NCBI GenBank assembly: GCA_050018395.1
Contig: JBEKAC010000008.1
Coordinates: 27,414 to 91,413 of the forward strand
Direction of reading: 5' to 3'
Origin: Dehalococcoidales bacterium
Lineage (GTDB): Bacteria > Chloroflexota > Dehalococcoidia > Dehalococcoidales > RBG-16-60-22
DNA length: 64,000 nt
The notes under the pieces are model-generated. The model saw only the letters and a list, made by a program, of their open reading frames with translations, did not search any database and was not told where the DNA came from. The position numbers were made by a program, and so were the translations under genes. Below are positions 1 through 9,872 of the stretch, piece by piece (the stretch's first letter is position 1; the number at the start of each line of letters is the position of its first letter).

Positions 1-2
1 CT

Positions 3-272
3 CTCGTCGGCCTCTATCTGACCTTCGAAAAGGGGTACACCGGCCGGGCTGTCCAATTGGCTCACGTGAAGCTTGGCCGAAAGCACATCAACTGGCCGCG
101 TTTCCAGGCACCTGACGCCAAAGCCGACGTAACCGTTAGAGATGTTCTTCAAAGAATTACCGCGTCTAATTACAATGAGCAGCTTCAGAGATGGGGTCAC
201 TCGGTCTGGGCCATCTGGCAATCAGACCACGCTAAAATCTCCAACCTGGTAAACTCGTATTTGAAAGATTGA
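3..272 (+). CDS. hypothetical protein, 3' part of a gene that starts left of the window
   Basis: Frame 3 is open from nt 3 (LVGLYLTFEKGYTGRAVQLAHVKLGRK...) to the TGA at 270-272. The tracked 57..272 ORF is only its tail from an internal TTG. No family recognised. Confidence 0.4.
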   Translation, partial: LVGLYLTFEKGYTGRAVQLAHVKLGRKHINWPRFQAPDAKADVTVRDVLQRITASNYNEQLQRWGHSVWAIWQSDHAKISNLVNSYLKD

Positions 273-378
273 GTCAACAGTTCAAAGACGGGGCATCGTC
301 TCCCTGATAGGAACGGAGAAGGATTTAGTTTTTAGCTTTTATTTGCGGTTTTGCTTTTTGAGGTTTGAGTTTTAAAAT

Positions 379-408
379 TTGATTTACCCCCCCACCTCCC
401 CCTATAAT
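379..408 (+). promoter_or_regulatory. sigma70-like promoter for the URO-D family gene
   Basis: TTGATT (379-384), an 18-nt C-rich spacer, then TATAAT (403-408). The -10 box overlaps the ATG at 407, which argues that the ATG at 443 is the true start. Confidence 0.45.
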
Positions 409-442
409 GCCCCTTAGTATACTTGCATTGCAGGAGTGTGAA

Positions 443-1783
443 ATGGTCAAAAAAGACTGGTCCGCCATGACCCCCGATGAAAAACGCGAGGAACGCTTTA
501 ACCGCTGGCTCAACCCCGCGCACGTAAAATTCAAGGATGCCGCGGCGGAAAAAGCCTATAAAGAGCGTGTTACCCGCTTTATTAAGGTCATCAAGCTGGA
601 GGAGCCGGACCGTGTGCCGGTCATGCTGCCCACGGGAACGTTCCCGCTATATAACGCCGGCATGACGCTCAAGGACGCCATGTTCGATAATAAGCGCGCC
701 GTGGCGGCCTACCGCAAGTTCTTTAAAGAGTTCGAGTCGGACACTTTCACCGGGCCGGGCATGTCCGCCTGCGGCCGCGCCATGGATATCGCCAACAGCA
801 TATCGATGAAGTGGCCGGGGCACGGTTTACCGGATGACGCCGCGATGAACCAGTTTGTCGAAGGGGAGTACATGAAGGCCGAGGAGTACGACATTTTCAT
901 GGATGACCTTTCGGATTTCATTTACCGCTTTTACCTGCCCCGCTCGGTGGGCCTGCTGGCGCCACTCGCCAAAATGTCCCCCCTCTCCCACCTGCTCGGC
1001 TTTTCCAACAATTTCATGACCCCGGCCATGATGCCGGAAGTCCGGGCGATGTACCAGGGGATGATCGAGTATGGTAAAGAAACGGCGGATTGGGGTAAAC
1101 CGGCGATGGAGTTTGCCCGCGAGGGACTGGAGGCGGGTTACCCGTCTTTAATGGGCGGCTTCGGGCACGCCCCCTTTGATATTCTAGGCGATACGTTAAG
1201 GGGCACCAAAGGCATTATCACCGATATGTACCGCCGGCCGCAGAAAATCCACGCCGCCCTGGAAAAACTGGTGCCCATCCTGGTCGCCACCGGCATCGAG
1301 GCGGCCGAGTCGATGGGCGGGGTGATGGTGATGTTCCCCCTGCACAAGGGCGACGATACCTTTATGTCGGACGCGCAGTATGAGGAGTTTTACTGGCCTA
1401 CGTTCAAGAAGGTCATCCTCGGCATCATCGAGGCGGGACTGGTGCCTTACCTCTTTGCCGAGGGTAAATATACCAAGCGCCTCAAGACCATCCAGGAACT
1501 GCCCAAAGGCAAAGTAGTCTGGCTCTTCGACCAGACAGACATGAACAAGGCTAAAGAAGTGCTGGGCGGCAAGGCCTGCATCGCCGGCAACGTGCCCACC
1601 TCTTTGTTGCAGGTCGGGGCGGCTAAAGACGTTAAGGCATACTGCCGCCAGCTCATCGAGGTCTGCGGCAAAGGCGGCGGCTTTATTCTGACCGCCGGCG
1701 CCTCGATTGATAAAGGCAAAGGCAAAAACCTGAAAGCCATGTGGGCAGCGGGACAGGAATACGGGGTTTATAAGAAAAAATAG
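443..1783 (+). CDS. uroporphyrinogen decarboxylase (URO-D) family protein, MtaA/CmuA-like methyltransferase fold
   Basis: Tracked ORF 407..1783, trimmed to the ATG at 443 (GGAG at 433-436). Family-typical layout: EEPDRVPV near the N-terminus and ...CIAGNVPTSLLQVGAAKDVKAYCRQLIEVCGKGGGFILTAGASI...NLKAM at the C-terminus. Confidence 0.6.
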   Translation: MVKKDWSAMTPDEKREERFNRWLNPAHVKFKDAAAEKAYKERVTRFIKVIKLEEPDRVPVMLPTGTFPLYNAGMTLKDAMFDNKRAVAAYRKFFKEFESDTFTGPGMSACGRAMDIANSISMKWPGHGLPDDAAMNQFVEGEYMKAEEYDIFMDDLSDFIYRFYLPRSVGLLAPLAKMSPLSHLLGFSNNFMTPAMMPEVRAMYQGMIEYGKETADWGKPAMEFAREGLEAGYPSLMGGFGHAPFDILGDTLRGTKGIITDMYRRPQKIHAALEKLVPILVATGIEAAESMGGVMVMFPLHKGDDTFMSDAQYEEFYWPTFKKVILGIIEAGLVPYLFAEGKYTKRLKTIQELPKGKVVWLFDQTDMNKAKEVLGGKACIAGNVPTSLLQVGAAKDVKAYCRQLIEVCGKGGGFILTAGASIDKGKGKNLKAMWAAGQEYGVYKKK

Positions 1784-1785
1784 CT

Positions 1786-2523
1786 TTATTTCCGCCGTCT
1801 TACCAGCAGGTAGGTGCACGCGAACCCGGCCACGAACCACCCGCCAACCACGGCGAAGGCCAGCCCCAGTTTAACCGGCAGGTCAGTCAGCGTGCCGCGC
1901 ATCAGGTCGGCCATGTACTGTATCGGCAGCACTTTGTGCAGGCCCTGCAGCCAGCCGGGCAGCTGTGAAGACGGGTACATCACCGGTGAGAACATCATCA
2001 CGAAGAATATCATCAGCTGTGTCAGTATTTGCGTCATCATCGGCTTGGGGACGGCAAAAGCCAGGGAATAGCCGGCAAAGGTGGCGCAGGAAGCAATCAA
2101 CAGGACAGCCGGGACTACCAGCCAGCTGACCTGTAAATTGAACCCGAAGTGGAACTTGCCGAGGATAATCGAAAGTAAAATGCCCGGTATCATCGTCCCG
2201 AACATATTGGTGGCGTCCGCGGCGATGTGCGCCATGCGCGGCACCGGCAGCGACCATACATAATCGAAAGTCCCTTCCGACCGCATGCTGGAGATTACCT
2301 GGGGAACTACCACCAGGCCTACCGTTAACAGGACGATGGTCGGCGAGCCGGTCGTGAGGAATTTGGCTATCGTGGCGGTTGTCTGCGGGTAAAAATAACC
2401 GATGCCGTAAATGAAGGCCACGGAAATCCCCAGTTGGACGGCCAGGTTAAGCGTCAGCCAGGGCCGGTTGCTTAAAAAGACCCATTTCAGCATCAGGAAA
2501 TAGCTTCTGAACCACTTAGCCAT
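1786..2523 (-). CDS. ABC-2 type transporter permease
   Basis: 245 aa with about six hydrophobic helices. It starts 2 nt after the stop of the upstream ATPase gene on the same strand. Confidence 0.75.
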   Translation of the reverse strand: MAKWFRSYFLMLKWVFLSNRPWLTLNLAVQLGISVAFIYGIGYFYPQTTATIAKFLTTGSPTIVLLTVGLVVVPQVISSMRSEGTFDYVWSLPVPRMAHIAADATNMFGTMIPGILLSIILGKFHFGFNLQVSWLVVPAVLLIASCATFAGYSLAFAVPKPMMTQILTQLMIFFVMMFSPVMYPSSQLPGWLQGLHKVLPIQYMADLMRGTLTDLPVKLGLAFAVVGGWFVAGFACTYLLVRRRK

Positions 2524-2525
2524 CG

Positions 2526-3476
2526 CTAGGCGTCCTTCCCGTGGTTGCCGTTGTTTTCATGGTTTTTCACCAGCTGCACATAGACGTCTTCCAGCGTCGC
2601 CGGGCCGAGGTAAAATTCCTCGATGATACGGTTTTCTTTTAAGCCGCGCGCCCAGGTTATGGCGGTCGAGACATTTGCCGGAGAAATGTCGCTCAGAATG
2701 CGGCGATTAACCACCAGCGGCTTTTTTAGATAATCAGGTAAAAGCGGCGCGGCGGCTTTCGGCTCCAATATCAATTCCAGCCGCATGTCGTCCCCCTCGG
2801 ATTCTTTAAGGTCGGCGGGCGTGCCCATACCTTTTACCTGCCCCTGGTCGATAATCGCCAGGCGGTCGACGACGCGCTCGGCTTCGAGGATATTATGGGT
2901 AACCAGCAGGACCGCCGAGCCCCGTTTGGCTAAAGCCTGAACTTCCTGCCAGATAGCCCGCCGCCGCAGGGGATCGACGTCGTTCGTAGGCTCATCGAGG
3001 ATAACGATTCTCCCCGGCACTACCGCCGCCATGGAAAACGCAACCAGGCGGCGCACACCGCCAGATACGTTCAAACCGAGCGTTTTCTTCCATTCGGTCA
3101 GCTCCAGCTTATCGATTAACTCCATCGCCCGCTGGTGAACGTCGGCTTTTTTACCGCCCCGTATCCGCCCGGCAAGCTCGATGGCCTGCATCGAGCTAAG
3201 GCCGGCAATGGGCGCCTGTACCTGCGCCTGGAAGGAGCAGACCTCCCGGGCATAATCCGGTTTAGCGACCACGTCCATCCCGGAAATGGTAATTGTGCCG
3301 GAAGTGGGCATGGTAAGGCCGATAATCTGGTTGACCAGGGTCGTTTTGCCCGCCCCATTAGGTCCCAGTAGCCCGAAGACCTCGCCCTCGTTCACGGCCA
3401 GGCTGATGTCATCGTTGGCTTTGACCTTGCTCTTGCCCTTGTAGATTTTGGTGACGTTCTTTATTTCCAGCAGCAT
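2526..3476 (-). CDS. ABC transporter ATP-binding protein
   Basis: Walker A GPNGAGKTT, signature LSGGVRRL-like (VSGGVRRLV), Walker B ILDEPT, H-loop VTHN. Confidence 0.9.
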   Translation of the reverse strand: MLLEIKNVTKIYKGKSKVKANDDISLAVNEGEVFGLLGPNGAGKTTLVNQIIGLTMPTSGTITISGMDVVAKPDYAREVCSFQAQVQAPIAGLSSMQAIELAGRIRGGKKADVHQRAMELIDKLELTEWKKTLGLNVSGGVRRLVAFSMAAVVPGRIVILDEPTNDVDPLRRRAIWQEVQALAKRGSAVLLVTHNILEAERVVDRLAIIDQGQVKGMGTPADLKESEGDDMRLELILEPKAAAPLLPDYLKKPLVVNRRILSDISPANVSTAITWARGLKENRIIEEFYLGPATLEDVYVQLVKNHENNGNHGKDA

Positions 3477-3667
3477 ATTTATCCCGGATAAGGCGATTTA
3501 GATAATTTACTATAACCCGCCCCGCCGCCGCGCCACAATGGACATCAGGCTAGTCGGCCACTGGCCATTCGGGCAGGTTTGTTGCCTAAAATGGCATGTG
3601 ATATACTCGAAATAGGGGAGTGTGCAATCGGAGTCTTGACTCGACCCCAGGAGCGGGAGGGGAAAAA

Positions 3668-4648
<981 letters not shown>

Positions 4649-4682
4649 ATCCCCCCGCCTTTTCCCCTTGGGCTGATAAAAG

Positions 4683-5930
4683 ATGAAAATTCGCTGGTTT
4701 CTCCTTACCATACTCATTCTCTCTTTCGTCCTGGCTTTGCTGGGCGGCTATACCATGCTGTGGAAGCTCTTCGTCTTCCTGGTCGTCCTGCTTTTGTTGA
4801 GCTATATCTGGCTGCGCCTCAATGTACGTTACATCGACGGCCGGGTGGAGAATCTCCCGAAGTATTGCCGCGTCGGCGAGCAGTTTGACGAGGAGTTTAT
4901 CTTCGTCAACCACGGCCTGATACCCACCGCCCTCATCGAGGCGCGGCAGGATACGGACATGCCGGGCAACCGTAACGTGGCGGCCTTCCATCTTACGTCC
5001 CAGGGTTCTTACCGCTGGCAGACCAGGATGTCCTGCACGCGCCGCGGCGAGTACAGCCTGGGCAACATCAACGCCCGCATTACCGACCCGCTGGGTTTCC
5101 TTACGATTAACCGGCGTTTCGGCTGGGGGCAGTATGTCATCGTTTTCCCGGACACCATTGAGGTGCCGTATTTCCAGGCGATACCGCACCAGGAACCGGG
5201 CTCGAGCCCGCGGCGTTGGTTCGCCGCCCAGACCAGCAATGCTTCCCGCGTCCGCGAATACGCCAGCGGCGATAGCCTGCGTTATATCCACTGGCCTACC
5301 ACGGCCCATACCGGCAACCTCATGGTCAAGGACTTTGACCCGGACCGCACCAATTACACCTATAAAGATATCTGGATTATCCTGGATATGGCGCGCTCTG
5401 CCCAGTCCGGGCAGGGCGATGAATCCACCGGCGAATACGCCGTGACCATCGCCGCCTCGCTGGCCAAGAAATACCTGGACAGCGGTAAAAAGGTGGGGCT
5501 GCTGGCCTCCGGCGACCGTTCGTATCTGCACCTGCCGGACTCCGGCGAGGCACAGACGGAGGACGTGATGCGCTCGCTGGCGCTCATCAAGCCGGGAGGC
5601 GAGGTCTCGGTGGAGGCTTTGCTTTTCACCCAGGAGGAGCGCTTTAACGCGGGTTCCGCCGTCATCGTCATCACTTCCTCGGATATTAAGCGGGTGGGGC
5701 CGGCGCTGCGCCGCATCGTCAAGCGGGGCACCGCGGTGACGGCCATCCTGCTTGATGCCGTCAGCTTCGGCGGCAATATCAGCGCCGCGGAAACAGCGCG
5801 CGGCCTGGCCGCCAGCAGCGTTCACGCCTATATCGTCCGCCGCGGCGCCAATATCGCCAGGGCACTGGACAGCCGTTTTATGGCTACATCCATGCAGGAC
5901 ACGGGAGTAAAGGACAGAAATGAACGGTAA
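4683..5930 (+). CDS. DUF58 (vWA-like) domain protein, MoxR partner
   Basis: Two N-terminal TM helices, then the DUF58-typical block REYASGDSLRYIHWPTTAHTGNLMVKDF. It sits directly downstream of moxR and overlaps the next gene by 11 nt. Confidence 0.8.
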   Translation: MKIRWFLLTILILSFVLALLGGYTMLWKLFVFLVVLLLLSYIWLRLNVRYIDGRVENLPKYCRVGEQFDEEFIFVNHGLIPTALIEARQDTDMPGNRNVAAFHLTSQGSYRWQTRMSCTRRGEYSLGNINARITDPLGFLTINRRFGWGQYVIVFPDTIEVPYFQAIPHQEPGSSPRRWFAAQTSNASRVREYASGDSLRYIHWPTTAHTGNLMVKDFDPDRTNYTYKDIWIILDMARSAQSGQGDESTGEYAVTIAASLAKKYLDSGKKVGLLASGDRSYLHLPDSGEAQTEDVMRSLALIKPGGEVSVEALLFTQEERFNAGSAVIVITSSDIKRVGPALRRIVKRGTAVTAILLDAVSFGGNISAAETARGLAASSVHAYIVRRGANIARALDSRFMATSMQDTGVKDRNER

Positions 5931-8158
5931 CGTGAAAAAACCGGTGCTTTCCCCGGAAGAGCTGAAAAAACTGCTGGTGCCGGAAGCCCCTGTAGTGATA
6001 CCCCGGCTGGGCAACTGGTGGCAGTGGGTCAACCTCGCCCTGCTTTTCCTCACGCTGGAAGTGGCGGTCTATTCCATCGAGCGGGCGCAGTGGATATACC
6101 CCCAGCCCGCTTTCACACTGCTGCTTTTCCTCTCGATGCTGCTGGTCTGGCTGCTCGTGGTAGCACGCCTGCATTGGGCGCTGACACATGGCATCGCGGT
6201 AGTCACCGGCGTCCTGGTGACCATATGGCAGTCTATCATCCTGCTGCCAGGCACGCACAGCATCGGTCATTTGTTTAACGTATTTCAATTATGGTGGCAG
6301 GGGTCCGCCGGCGCTTTGCTCCCGGAGGAGCAAAAAGTCGTTTTCGCCGCCGTGCTCACGCTGCTGACCTGGCTGCTCGGCTATCTTGCCACGTGGTTCG
6401 TGCTGCGCAAGAATAATCCCTGGGTGGCGATCTGCCTGGGAGCGCTGATCCTCATCGCCAATTTAAGCAATCTGCCCGCCCGTTACTATTTCTTTTTCCC
6501 CGCCTTCTTCATCGCGGCGGTTTTCCTCATTATCCAGACGCGCATCGCCGGGCAGTTCGTCAGGTCCGGGCGCGGCTCGGGCTATTCCTTCAAGAGCGTA
6601 ATTTACCTTTTCGCCTCGCTCGTCTGCATCATCTCCCTGGCGGCTTCACTGGCCTGGTATTCGCCGCAGGCGCGGGCCTCCGGCCTGCAAAGCTATATCT
6701 CCGCCAGGTTTACCTGGAAGCAGAATTTAACTGACTCTAAAATCAATATCTTCAACGTGATACCGGCCAAGCAGGTAATGAACACCTCCTCCACGCTTAA
6801 AGAAGTGGATTTTGAGAAAGGCTGGAACCAGGGACAGACCCTCCATTTCACCATCAAATCGGACCGCCCCGCCTACTGGCCCATCGATATTTATGATAGC
6901 TATACGGCCCAGGGCTGGATAAATGGCCCCACTACCAGCCAGCTGGTGGACGCCAAAAAGCCCTTTACGGACCTCGGCCCCAACCTGGACGACGTCATGA
7001 ACTACGAAGTTACCACGGAAATCAACACGGACGTGCTGGCGGTCGCCGGTAATTTTGTTGCCTCGAGCGAGCCGGTGCAGGTGCACCAGAACGCCGCCGG
7101 TGATGTTACCGAGGTCACTATCCCCCGCATCCTCGCCCCGGGTGAGCACTATACTGTAGAAACAGTCCTGCCCAACCCCACGGCGGACCAGCTGGCCGCC
7201 GCCGGCACCGGCTACCCCCAAAATATCCTGGATTCCTATCTCCAGTTGCCGGCTAATTATTCGCCGGAAGTCCAGGCTTTGAGTGAAAATGTGACCGCCG
7301 CGGCGGCTACACCCTATGAAAAGGCCCGGGCAGTGGTCAAGTACCTTTCGGCTTTTCCTTATCAAGCTATCATAAACGCTCCGCCCGCGGGGAGCGACGG
7401 CGTTGCCTACTTCCTCCCCCGGCGACCCCGGCAGCGTCCCGGGGACTTACCTGGTGCGGGACTGGCACTATCACGCCTGGGCGCAGGTCTATTTCCCCGG
7501 CTACGGATGGGTGAACTTCGAGGCTACGCCCGGCGGCGGCGGCGGCAGCGGGAGCCAGGTGTCCGCACAGACGTCGCTGGTATCCGTCCCCGCCATCAGG
7601 GACCTGCCGCAGTGGAACGTCTGGAATTATCCGCTGCCCAGCGGCAGTATTCCGCCCGGCAGCGCCCCCCCGCTCTATCCCACCGCCTCGCCAACCAAGT
7701 ATCACTCCTCAGAGTTCTTTTTTGCCAGGGCGCTGGGCCGCACCATTGCGGTTTTTATCTTTGTCGTGCTGCTCCTCGGGGTGCTCTTCGCTTTGTTCGT
7801 GATCACGCGGCGGGTCTTTAACCGCCGTTTATGGTTCGTGGACCGGGATGACCTGGCCTATACCACTTACGCCGGGCTGTGCCGGCTGGCGGCGCTGGCT
7901 AAAATAACGCCCCACCCCCAGCAGACCCCGCTGGAGTTTGCCGCCGAGCTCAAGGCGGCCCTGCCGGAAGAAACGGAAAACATCGATACGCTGATACGTG
8001 CTTACCAGGAAAACCGCTTTGGAAATAGGGAGGGCAAGCCGGCGCTTTACCAGGAAGCGCAGTTGCTCAAGGCCCGCCGTGTCCTCTACGATAAGCTGCT
8101 CCGGCTGATGGGGAAGAGGACGTGGGGACTTAAAATTTTTACCCCCGGGGGCAACTAG
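5920..8158 (+). pseudogene. transglutaminase-domain membrane protein (TgpA-like), disrupted by a deletion and frameshift near nt 7417
   Basis: Frame 1 (5920..about 7416) encodes a multi-TM N-terminus and ...AIINAPPAGSDGVAYFL, then turns into Arg/Pro-rich nonsense. Frame 2 resumes at PGDPGSVPGTYLVRDWHYHAWAQVYFPGYGWVNFEATP (the His/Asp part of the TGase core), followed by a TM helix and a DUF4129-like tail ending at 8158. No frame contains the Cys-bearing segment. Confidence 0.7.
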
Positions 8159-8243
8159 GGATTGAGACTGGATTACAAGAGGCAGCCGCAAGAGCTTTTG
8201 ATAAATATCTACTGCCTGCGAATTGAGCTTAAATCAACTATTT

Positions 8244-9077
8244 TCAATGACCGCCTTGTCGTAGAAATAGTGGGTGAATTCTTGTTGCAAATGATTGAGC
8301 GAATCCGTCAAGTCCTGGGAATAGTGTGATTCTACTAATATTCATAATGTCTAGAGCTTGAAGTGCTTCAATTGTTACCTCATTATTTTCACCAGTTGGA
8401 ATAATATATTTCCGGACTTTATTTTTCAAATCCTTCATTTCTGTATAATTTGTCAAGGTATCCATTATATTTGTTTCAATGTCTCCTGGACAAAGAAAAA
8501 CTCCCCTTTGATATGATAGCCTTTCATTCATGCGAAGAGGGGTTACACTTAATAAAAATTTTTCGAACCTTCTTGTTCTAAAAATTAATTTGAAATCCTT
8601 TCCATTCCTGATGTCTCTATAAGATTTATATTCCTTATATAAGTGATTTGCAATTTCTTTTAAATGTTCCTTACACCATTCATAATTAATTGCCCAAATA
8701 GCAACTTTGGATTTAGGCTCTGCAGCTTCAAAAGCAAAATAAGCCGCTACGTGGGGAGAATATGTGAAATCTAGAAGGCGAGTTGGAGCACCGTGATGTT
8801 GCATTAATGCTAAACACTCGTCATCATCATTTGGAGAAAACCTTTCATATTGATGAACCCTTCTCTGGAACTCACGAATCATGTTTGTTTCAACTTGCCT
8901 TTTCTTATTTTGGGGTACGTTAAATTGCCCGCAAGCTCTTTCAAAAGATGTTTTTAATTCCCAAGAACCATTTTTTTGGCCACGAAACATCCAACCGTTG
9001 TTAACGAGAGAATCAACTTTACCTAAAAAATCATTTAGACTAGTACATTTTTGTTTAAAATAAGGATAACGCACCAT
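8244..9077 (-). CDS. FRG domain-containing protein
   Basis: Motifs NGWMFRGQKNGSWELKTSFER and LALMQHHGAPTRLLDFTYSPHVAAYFAFE match my memory of the FRG domain. Start trimmed to the ATG at 9077 (GAGGAGGG 5 nt upstream). The gene and its flanks are clearly AT-richer than the neighbours. Confidence 0.75.
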   Translation of the reverse strand: MVRYPYFKQKCTSLNDFLGKVDSLVNNGWMFRGQKNGSWELKTSFERACGQFNVPQNKKRQVETNMIREFQRRVHQYERFSPNDDDECLALMQHHGAPTRLLDFTYSPHVAAYFAFEAAEPKSKVAIWAINYEWCKEHLKEIANHLYKEYKSYRDIRNGKDFKLIFRTRRFEKFLLSVTPLRMNERLSYQRGVFLCPGDIETNIMDTLTNYTEMKDLKNKVRKYIIPTGENNEVTIEALQALDIMNISRITLFPGLDGFAQSFATRIHPLFLRQGGH

Positions 9078-9099
9078 TATTCCCTCCTCGTAAATCTGG

Positions 9100-9117
9100 A
9101 TTAGCAAAAGATTAGCA
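9100..9117 (-). promoter_or_regulatory. paired heptamer TGCTAAT-N4-TGCTAAT (site 1)
   Basis: The plus strand reads ATTAGCAaaagATTAGCA (9100-9106 and 9111-9117). On the minus strand this is TGCTAAT repeated with an 11-nt period. The same paired heptamer occurs at 20820-20837 and 42008-42025. Confidence 0.5.
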
Positions 9118-9174
9118 GAAATATTGACATAAAGCAAGCAACCGGAAAACTGAATAGAAACCGAAGCTAGAATC

Positions 9175-9214
9175 AAGTACCCCTGCCGGGACTCTAACCC
9201 GGGCACGCGGTTTA
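9175..9214 (-). other. relic 3' half of a tRNA-Arg(CCT) gene (att-like direct repeat)
   Basis: 39 of 40 nt identical to 20681-20720, i.e. tRNA positions 37-73 plus 3 nt downstream. The single mismatch (9195) changes the invariant C56 of the T loop. Confidence 0.85.
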
Positions 9215-9286
9215 TTAGTCCATGGCACTTCCACCTTTTAACTACCTCTCTTTCCCCGGATGTAATACTTTCGTGATTATTCGCCG

Positions 9287-9308
9287 CGGCATTTTATGAT
9301 TTTTCCAG
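9287..9308 (+). promoter_or_regulatory. shared upstream motif GCGGCATTTTATGATTTTTCCA (copy 1)
   Basis: It ends 83 nt before the cupredoxin ATG. A near-identical copy (one extra A) lies in the same orientation 89 nt before the start of the PQQ/cox operon (20565-20587, minus strand). Confidence 0.5.
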
Positions 9309-9391
9309 ATATCATACTTTACAATTTAGATGTATTGGTCGGTTTATGTCCGGGCTTTGTCTTAATGCATTAGTGAAAAGGAGAAAAAATT

Positions 9392-9871
9392 ATGAGCAAA
9401 ATCTTTTCCGCGGGCCGCAGGTATTTCCTGGTTTTTGCGGCATTAACGGCCCTCCTGGTCCTCTCGGCCTGTTCGTCATCCACGGCGACCACCACCACCC
9501 AACCCCCGCTCACCACCACCACCCCGCCGGTAACGACTACCACGCCGCCGGTGACGACTACCACCCCGCCGGTCGGCCAGCCGGTCACTATCAATCTGGT
9601 TGCCCAGAACATGGCTTTTGACCAGAGTACCATTACAGTTTCCGCCGGCGCCCAGGTGACCATCAACTTTAATAACAAAGACAGCGGCATACCGCATAAC
9701 TTTTCCCTCTACACGGATTCCTCCGCCTCCAAATCGCTGTTTATCGGGCAGACCATCACCGGTCCCAAGACCATTACTTATACGTTTACCGCGCCCGCCA
9801 CGCCCGGCAATTACTTTTTCCGGTGCGATGTGCATCCTACCATCATGACCGGCACATTCGCGGTGCAATAG
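9392..9871 (+). CDS. type-1 (blue) copper cupredoxin lipoprotein
   Basis: Signal peptide with lipobox LSAC, a Thr/Pro-rich linker, then a 95-aa cupredoxin module carrying a His...Cys-x2-His-x3-Met ligand set (IPHNF ... FFRCDVHPTIM). Confidence 0.8.
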   Translation: MSKIFSAGRRYFLVFAALTALLVLSACSSSTATTTTQPPLTTTTPPVTTTTPPVTTTTPPVGQPVTINLVAQNMAFDQSTITVSAGAQVTINFNNKDSGIPHNFSLYTDSSASKSLFIGQTITGPKTITYTFTAPATPGNYFFRCDVHPTIMTGTFAVQ

Positions 9872-9872
9872 C

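Noticed and set aside
407-442. ATG at 407 as the start of the URO-D family gene
   Set aside because: This ATG lies inside the -10 box of a near-consensus promoter and has no RBS. The ATG at 443 has GGAG at the proper spacing.
7403-8158. 251-aa ORF as an independent gene
   Set aside because: It begins in the middle of a transglutaminase core (the His/Asp half only) and continues the domain order of the upstream frame. It is better explained as the downstream part of a frameshifted gene.
9078-9206. 43-codon N-terminal extension of the FRG ORF
   Set aside because: The extension runs through the promoter-like AT-rich region and into the tRNA relic. The internal ATG at 9077 has a strong GAGGAGG RBS, and the conserved domain starts right after it.
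9484-9575. Tandem 18-21-nt repeats (also at 20270-20375), considered as a CRISPR or VNTR locus
   Set aside because: They are in-frame coding repeats for Thr/Pro-rich linkers (TTTPPV x3, TTPPTT xN) of lipoproteins. There are no spacers and no CRISPR architecture. No CRISPR array is visible anywhere in the window.
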